Below the pieces are notes generated by a model. The model made no database searches. It was given only the letters and a program-made list of their open reading frames with translations, and was not told where the DNA came from. This document shows positions 44,200 to 48,954 of a stretch of 48,954 nucleotides of DNA, one piece after another. Each line of letters opens with the position of its first letter. Position 1 is the first letter of the stretch. The translations under genes were made by a program, and so were the position numbers. This DNA is from a virus. Where the stretch lies: the IMG/VR virus record IMGVR_UViG_3300022539_000516; one strand, given 5' to 3'.

Positions 44200-45159
44200 A
44201 TGGGTTTAGTAAAAGATACATTGATTTCCATTCGTAATGAAGCGGATGGATTCTCTTTTGGAGAACCTTGGAGATTTAATGAGAAATCTCTGAGTGTTGT
44301 TGTCCCGATTGTGAGAAAAGTCGGAGAAGATGTTAGAAGAGGATATATTACTCTGGCCGAAAGTGAAATGGTTGCCTTGAAAGATACTGGGCAAATTGAT
44401 AAGATTGTAGTAGAAAACAAAGAAGAAAAACCTGTGTATATTGGAGCAGGTGAAATTATGGCAGGAGATACTCAGGCAAGAGCAGTTGTTCGTGGTTATG
44501 TATTAATGCCAAAACAAACAGAAGATATTAAAGTAATGTGTATTCATAGTTCAAGAGGAATTAGTAGTAGTGCCAGCATGGCAACAAAAGGATATGTTCC
44601 ACGTTCTGTAAGAACAAATCTTAGAAGGGGTCAAGGAGAAGTGTGGAATTCTATAAGAGATTCTGGAAATATATACAATATGTCAACATTAAACTATATG
44701 GCATTAGGTGATGTTGATGTACCAAATGCAGAAGAAATTGCAGAATCTTTTAAAGAAAGTGATGATTTGTTTGAAACTAGAGATAAATACAATGAAATTG
44801 TAGAAGATGTTATCAAGAAAATTCCTTTGATTGGTAATCAGGTAGGTATTGTAATTATTGATGCAAAAGGTTTTGTGAGTATGGATGCTTTTGATTTAAA
44901 AGACTCATGGACAGCCATCAGAACTGCAATTACGAAAGGAGCAAGCATAGATATAGCACAGTTCGAAGAGGAGCATGTTTTTGAATACAAACCAGAGATA
45001 GCTGTTCAGAAAATAATGCAAACATTGAGCAAGGATTATTCGGAGAAGATTCTTCACGAAAATGGTTATGAAGTAATAGAATTGACATCCGACGGATTTT
45101 TCGGAGAAGCAGTTGTATTAGATGCAGAAGTCATTCATCTGAGGATAGCAAGGATATAG
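44200..45159 (+). CDS. ARPP-1/DUF6569-like protein
   Basis: IVVENKEEKPVYIGAGEIMAGDTQAR..IKVMCIH..QGEVWNSI matches the family pattern as I recall it. Confidence 0.65.
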   Translation: MGLVKDTLISIRNEADGFSFGEPWRFNEKSLSVVVPIVRKVGEDVRRGYITLAESEMVALKDTGQIDKIVVENKEEKPVYIGAGEIMAGDTQARAVVRGYVLMPKQTEDIKVMCIHSSRGISSSASMATKGYVPRSVRTNLRRGQGEVWNSIRDSGNIYNMSTLNYMALGDVDVPNAEEIAESFKESDDLFETRDKYNEIVEDVIKKIPLIGNQVGIVIIDAKGFVSMDAFDLKDSWTAIRTAITKGASIDIAQFEEEHVFEYKPEIAVQKIMQTLSKDYSEKILHENGYEVIELTSDGFFGEAVVLDAEVIHLRIARI

Positions 45160-45181
45160 AATTATAGATGAGGTTCAACCG

Positions 45182-45358
45182 ATGGGTAGATGTCCTGTAT
45201 GCAATAAACAAATGGATTTGCTTATGACATCTTTTGATAAAACGGTATTAGATATGCATTTAATATGTACAGAATGTAAACATACATGGGAACTTAACAA
45301 ACTAGAAAAAAGATTTATTGAATCAGCTATAAAAATGGAACGAACCAAATGGGAATAA
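45182..45358 (+). CDS. Small zinc-ribbon protein (58 aa; not in the ORF track)
   Basis: MGRCPVCNKQM...ICTECKHTW. Confidence 0.55.
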   Translation: MGRCPVCNKQMDLLMTSFDKTVLDMHLICTECKHTWELNKLEKRFIESAIKMERTKWE

Positions 45359-45370
45359 TCGAGAGTATAG

Positions 45371-45550
45371 ATGAGTAGACCTCTAAGATTCTATATCAGT
45401 CTTTTGATATTTGAAGTGAGTTTATTAATGGCAATGTTTAATGGTATTTTCCCACGTATAACAATAATTGCTGTTAATGACGGGTGGACTGGATTGTGGA
45501 GTTTCATTACGATTGTGTCTGGAATGATATTCTTTAAGATAGAAAATTGA
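45371..45550 (+). CDS. Small two-TM protein (59 aa; not in the ORF track)
   Basis: MSRPLRFYISLLIFEVSLLMAMF...LWSFITIVSGMIFF. Confidence 0.45.
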   Translation: MSRPLRFYISLLIFEVSLLMAMFNGIFPRITIIAVNDGWTGLWSFITIVSGMIFFKIEN

Positions 45551-45933
45551 AGGGTTTTGTCAAAGGAGGAATGATGAATCTTAAAGACAAGAAGGCATGG
45601 GATAGTTGGGTTAAGAATAACACTGACCCGTATGGTGGAGCTTGTGTGACCTATGCGGAGCAATGGGCAGACCTTATGGAGAAGAAAATGGCCGAGGGGC
45701 AGAAGCTCGAAGATATAGCTGATGCAACCTCGCATGAAGCTGACACTGACGGCATTACTGGCTTTATGTACGGTTGTGCCGTTAATATATTAGCAAGTTG
45801 TTGGGAATATGGAGAACAATTACGAAGATGGCATAATCTTGATACGCAGATTGGAGATGAAGGCGAAAAAGCAAACGAGAGTGGCGGAGTGTTAAATCCT
45901 GCATTGCTTAATATAAAAACATGTGAAAAATAA
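45547..45933 (+). CDS. Phage-type hypothetical protein
   Basis: The likely start is ATG 45571 or 45574 after GGAGG; GITGFMYGCAV..WEYGEQLRRWHN. Confidence 0.6.
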   Translation: MKGFVKGGMMNLKDKKAWDSWVKNNTDPYGGACVTYAEQWADLMEKKMAEGQKLEDIADATSHEADTDGITGFMYGCAVNILASCWEYGEQLRRWHNLDTQIGDEGEKANESGGVLNPALLNIKTCEK

Positions 45934-45945
45934 AAGGTCTATTGA

Positions 45946-46521
45946 ATGAACTTTGGAAAAGATATAGTAAACATAGATTTGGAATGCACTGGAAGTGAAA
46001 AGGAATATTATTCCATTTGCGAAATAGGTGCAGTATTAGTTGATAAGAGAACTATGGGAATCAAATCAGAATTTTCATCGCTTGTTAGACCATATAAAGA
46101 ACGTTTTGACCCGCAAGCAATGGAGGTTCATGGTATTCCTAAAGACGAACTTTACAAAAAAGGCGTACCAAACTTAACTGAAGTTCTTGATTTATTTCAA
46201 CTATGGATTTTAAAAGAAGCAGATGTAGTAAGTGAAAGAAAAATATGTTTAGCTGCATGGGGAGCATATTTTGATATTCCATATCTCATTGAAGCTTATC
46301 GTTTTTTACATAGACTCTGGCCTTTTGATAGAAAATATATTTGTGTTAAAGCAATTACAAGATGGGAACTTGCTAGAGTAGATAGACCTTTTACAAAAGG
46401 TGGATTAACTAAATGTAGTGTATTATTGAGTATTCCTCCAATAAAGGATGCTCATAGAGCATTGGATGATGCAAGGCAGGGTGCATTGATTTTGGAAGCT
46501 TTAAGTAAAGGAATAAAATAA
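45946..46521 (+). CDS. DEDDh 3'-5' exonuclease (DnaQ-like)
   Basis: ExoI IDLECTG..EIGAV; ExoII AWGAYFD; ExoIII HRALDDA. Confidence 0.9.
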   Translation: MNFGKDIVNIDLECTGSEKEYYSICEIGAVLVDKRTMGIKSEFSSLVRPYKERFDPQAMEVHGIPKDELYKKGVPNLTEVLDLFQLWILKEADVVSERKICLAAWGAYFDIPYLIEAYRFLHRLWPFDRKYICVKAITRWELARVDRPFTKGGLTKCSVLLSIPPIKDAHRALDDARQGALILEALSKGIK

Positions 46522-46525
46522 GGGG

Positions 46526-46933
46526 GTGAAACAGATGAAAAGGCTAATAATAGAAAGTTTGGCAATAACAGGTTGTATACTTTTACTTTGTGTTTTAATA
46601 GTTTCATTAGTATCTCCTGTTTCAACTACTGAGAAGTCAATACCTTATCTATTTGTATCAGCTTCGGATAGAATGCAAGAACGATACTCAGCAGAAGAAG
46701 CAAAAATGCAGATTTGTACCTTTGAAAGAATAACAGGGCTTATTGCAGAACGGACTCCGATAGTTTGTGTGTATGTAAAAAAAGAAGGAGATAATTGGAC
46801 TTACTTCATATCTGAAATTATAGTTCCCGGAGAAAAAGACGACAGGCCGTTTCTTGAGTTGCACAAAAGAGTTGTAAGTGTTAGTAAAGCCAAGCTACAA
46901 GAGATTATGAAAGAATGCGAAGGGGGTGAATAA
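46526..46933 (+). CDS. Membrane-anchored hypothetical protein
   Basis: N-terminal TM. Confidence 0.55.
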   Translation: MKQMKRLIIESLAITGCILLLCVLIVSLVSPVSTTEKSIPYLFVSASDRMQERYSAEEAKMQICTFERITGLIAERTPIVCVYVKKEGDNWTYFISEIIVPGEKDDRPFLELHKRVVSVSKAKLQEIMKECEGGE

Positions 46934-47457
46934 TGAAAAAGCATTTTACCCTTTATTTTATTCTTGCTCTGATTTTGCTGATTTCTTCTTGTGAAATCAT
47001 AGAGTATCAAGCAACAGAACCAGAAAATCTACTTCTTGGTGGAGGCGTTGAGGAACTTTCGGTTTATGACCACTATATGAAAAAGATAGATACAGAAAAG
47101 ACCTGTCTTGGTAAAAACGATATTATATGGTGGGACAAAAAACTAAAACAAGACCTTGGGATAAATCTTAAAGAAGTAAAGGCTTCTGAACTCCAACTTC
47201 TTGATGGGCCTGGATTCGCATTTGTTGTCAAAGGTGATACAATAGATTATATGATGTTTGATGATGCAGAACCTCCTCCAGAAGAAGAAGAGTCTTTCGA
47301 AGATTGTGTAGCAAATTGCATAAGGGATTGTATGGAAGGTATTGACCCAAACGACCCAAATTATGGTATTATATGGAAACTATGTAACCGTGAATGTCGT
47401 ATAGCATGTGCTCATAGACATCCTAAAGGTAGATTTTACAAAAGACCTTCTTGGTAA
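46933..47457 (+). CDS. Putative lipoprotein with Cys-rich C-terminus
   Basis: Signal peptide ending LISSC; CxxxCxxxC..CxxxCxxxC. Confidence 0.6.
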   Translation: MKKHFTLYFILALILLISSCEIIEYQATEPENLLLGGGVEELSVYDHYMKKIDTEKTCLGKNDIIWWDKKLKQDLGINLKEVKASELQLLDGPGFAFVVKGDTIDYMMFDDAEPPPEEEESFEDCVANCIRDCMEGIDPNDPNYGIIWKLCNRECRIACAHRHPKGRFYKRPSW

Positions 47458-47631
47458 TAATGAACGGGTAAAAATAAATTTAACTGGAGTTGTTTTCGTT
47501 ATTTGGATGCAGAGTAGTTAAGGTTGTATTTTTCGATTGGAATCTGTATCCTGTTCTGTGAAACATGTTTTGGAAAACGGCCACAGCGCATTGCCAGTTA
47601 TGCGCTGTACCCGTTCATAGGATGAAATTGA

Positions 47632-47817
47632 ATGAGTATAAAGAGAGACATTTGGGAAGTACTAAAAGAAGAAATTATTTGTCCAAAGAATAAGTGGAAT
47701 AGATTGGCTCGTACTATAGCTATATTAGGATGGACTTATTTGATACTTAATATAGTAATTTCAAAACTTCCTGAAATAATAAAATTTAATAGCCATCTGG
47801 CAATTGAAATGTTTTAG
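47632..47817 (+). CDS. Small hypothetical membrane protein
   Basis: ORF track; one hydrophobic segment. Confidence 0.4.
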   Translation: MSIKRDIWEVLKEEIICPKNKWNRLARTIAILGWTYLILNIVISKLPEIIKFNSHLAIEMF

Positions 47818-47837
47818 GTATTAAAGGACAAACGAAA

Positions 47838-48419
47838 ATGAATAAAACTTTAAATGAATTAAATCTATGGGACTACTTCCACGATAAAGATACCGGGCAT
47901 GGTAGTATAAAAGCTCATCTTTTAATACTCTATTCGATAGTTATTGGATATAAACCCGGTGTGATAGTAGAAATAGGCATGAAGCATGGAGATTCTACAA
48001 AAGCATTATTATTAGCTGCAAAAGAAGTATCTGCGCCAGTACATTCTATTGATTGTGGAGTATATTCTATTGATTGTATAGATTATCCTGGTACAATAAA
48101 AGAAATAGAATCTCTGGGTCTTTCAAAATGGCATTTCTTTATCAAAGGTTACTCAGAAATTGTAGGTAGAAAATGGGAACATCCTATTGATATACTTCTA
48201 ATAGATGCAGGACACCACTATGAAGAACATAAACTAGGTTTCGATGTGTGGTATCCAAAGGTAAAGAGTGGAGGAATTATTTTGATACATGATATTGATA
48301 GCGACAAACCTCATCTTCGGATTGAAGGGCACAAACATTTTACCAGAGAAATTCTTCCTGAATATGAATCATGCAGATTGATGTTTGGTGGTGGACTTGG
48401 TATTATAAGAAAGAAATAA
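47838..48419 (+). CDS. Class I SAM-dependent methyltransferase
   Basis: IVEIGMKHGDST, IDILLIDAGH.YE and KSGGIILIHD motifs. Confidence 0.85.
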   Translation: MNKTLNELNLWDYFHDKDTGHGSIKAHLLILYSIVIGYKPGVIVEIGMKHGDSTKALLLAAKEVSAPVHSIDCGVYSIDCIDYPGTIKEIESLGLSKWHFFIKGYSEIVGRKWEHPIDILLIDAGHHYEEHKLGFDVWYPKVKSGGIILIHDIDSDKPHLRIEGHKHFTREILPEYESCRLMFGGGLGIIRKK

Positions 48420-48431
48420 GAGGTAGAAACA

Positions 48432-48752
48432 ATGAAAGTCGAAAGTTTAGAGTTTGTGTTATCTGGATTGAACTTGAGAGCTTGGAAAAAAATGGCAAGA
48501 CTTTTTCCTCCAGATTTAGTAATGTGTTTTGATTGCAAAATAGAAACCCTATCAGACTCAAAAGGATATTTAGTTCGTGTATTTGCTGAGAATTGGCTGA
48601 GCAAACCAGGAGAAATTCATATAAGAATTGAGTCTCCAGATATACATGATGGAGTAACTATAGAAGAATATACAAAACCACTATATGATATAATACCACG
48701 GGAACTAAAAAGAATGGGAGAAGTGTTAAAGGGTAGGCGGAAAGGAGCTTGA
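48432..48752 (+). CDS. Hypothetical protein
   Basis: GAGG RBS; ORF track. Confidence 0.5.
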   Translation: MKVESLEFVLSGLNLRAWKKMARLFPPDLVMCFDCKIETLSDSKGYLVRVFAENWLSKPGEIHIRIESPDIHDGVTIEEYTKPLYDIIPRELKRMGEVLKGRRKGA

Positions 48753-48753
48753 C

Positions 48754-48954
48754 ATGCAGAGAGAAAATTTTGACTTTGTTGGGAGAGTTGTTGTTGGAGT
48801 TATAATGTTGTTAGTATTTGCTCTTATGATAATCTGTTATCATTCGGGACAAAGGAATGGTTTTGAGAGAGGATACTCGAAGTGCGAAGTTACCTGGCGC
48901 AGGATTGCGGATGAGGAGTTTACTGCAGCATTCAATTCTGGTATGAAGTTAGTA
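48754..48954 (+). CDS. Membrane protein, 3'-truncated
   Basis: AAGGAG RBS; MQRENFDFVGRVVVGVIMLLVFALMII...GFERGY. Confidence 0.5.
   Translation, partial: MQRENFDFVGRVVVGVIMLLVFALMIICYHSGQRNGFERGYSKCEVTWRRIADEEFTAAFNSGMKLV

Noticed and set aside
530-48604. Numerous minus-strand and nested ORFs from the track (for example 10146..10655, 23536..23994, 30232..30711, 31105..31443, 39122..39553)
   Set aside because: They are antisense or out-of-frame shadows of well-supported genes, with no recognisable motifs.
1-48954. Archaeal virus (GGGGTGA-type RBS, LAGLIDADG) or tailed phage
   Set aside because: SLT and M15 peptidoglycan hydrolases and sigma70-type promoters favour a bacterial host. No terminase, portal or tail genes were recognised, though they could lie outside the window.

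Overview
AT-rich, almost entirely + strand, densely coding fragment of a large bacterial virus or provirus. No terminase, portal, tail or replication polymerase genes are recognisable. The left end looks like the morphogenesis module of a tailless, probably membrane-containing virus: a histone-H1-like basic membrane protein, several beta-rich jelly-roll-like proteins, a membrane-anchored lytic transglycosylase and a repeat-rich spike. The putative major capsid gene (903-2089) is split by two near-identical ORF-less group I introns of trnL-like IC3 type (1409-1616 and 1838-2048). Each intron has its own exon-matched guide sequence, and removing both restores one 255-aa ORF. A free-standing LAGLIDADG endonuclease follows. 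The most striking system is a set of about 12 'bead-on-a-string' proteins whose unrelated, reshuffled domains are delimited by a basic-Asn(-Pro) motif (RRNP/KENP/RKNP). In several of them the junction is a repeated DNA word (AACCCAAGGAGGAATAAAATGAGACA) that also carries a Shine-Dalgarno site and an in-frame ATG. The window also holds six SprT-like HExxH metallopeptidase paralogs, a family of membrane-anchored paralogs, a tyrosine recombinase, an M15 peptidase, a DnaJ-like protein, a radical SAM protein, methyltransferases, a DEDDh exonuclease, an ARPP-1-like protein, three sigma70-type promoters and several structured intergenic RNA candidates. A bacterial host is inferred from the peptidoglycan hydrolases, TTGACW-17-TATAAT promoters and AGGAGG ribosome-binding sites. 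All calls come from reading motifs by eye; no database searches were run.
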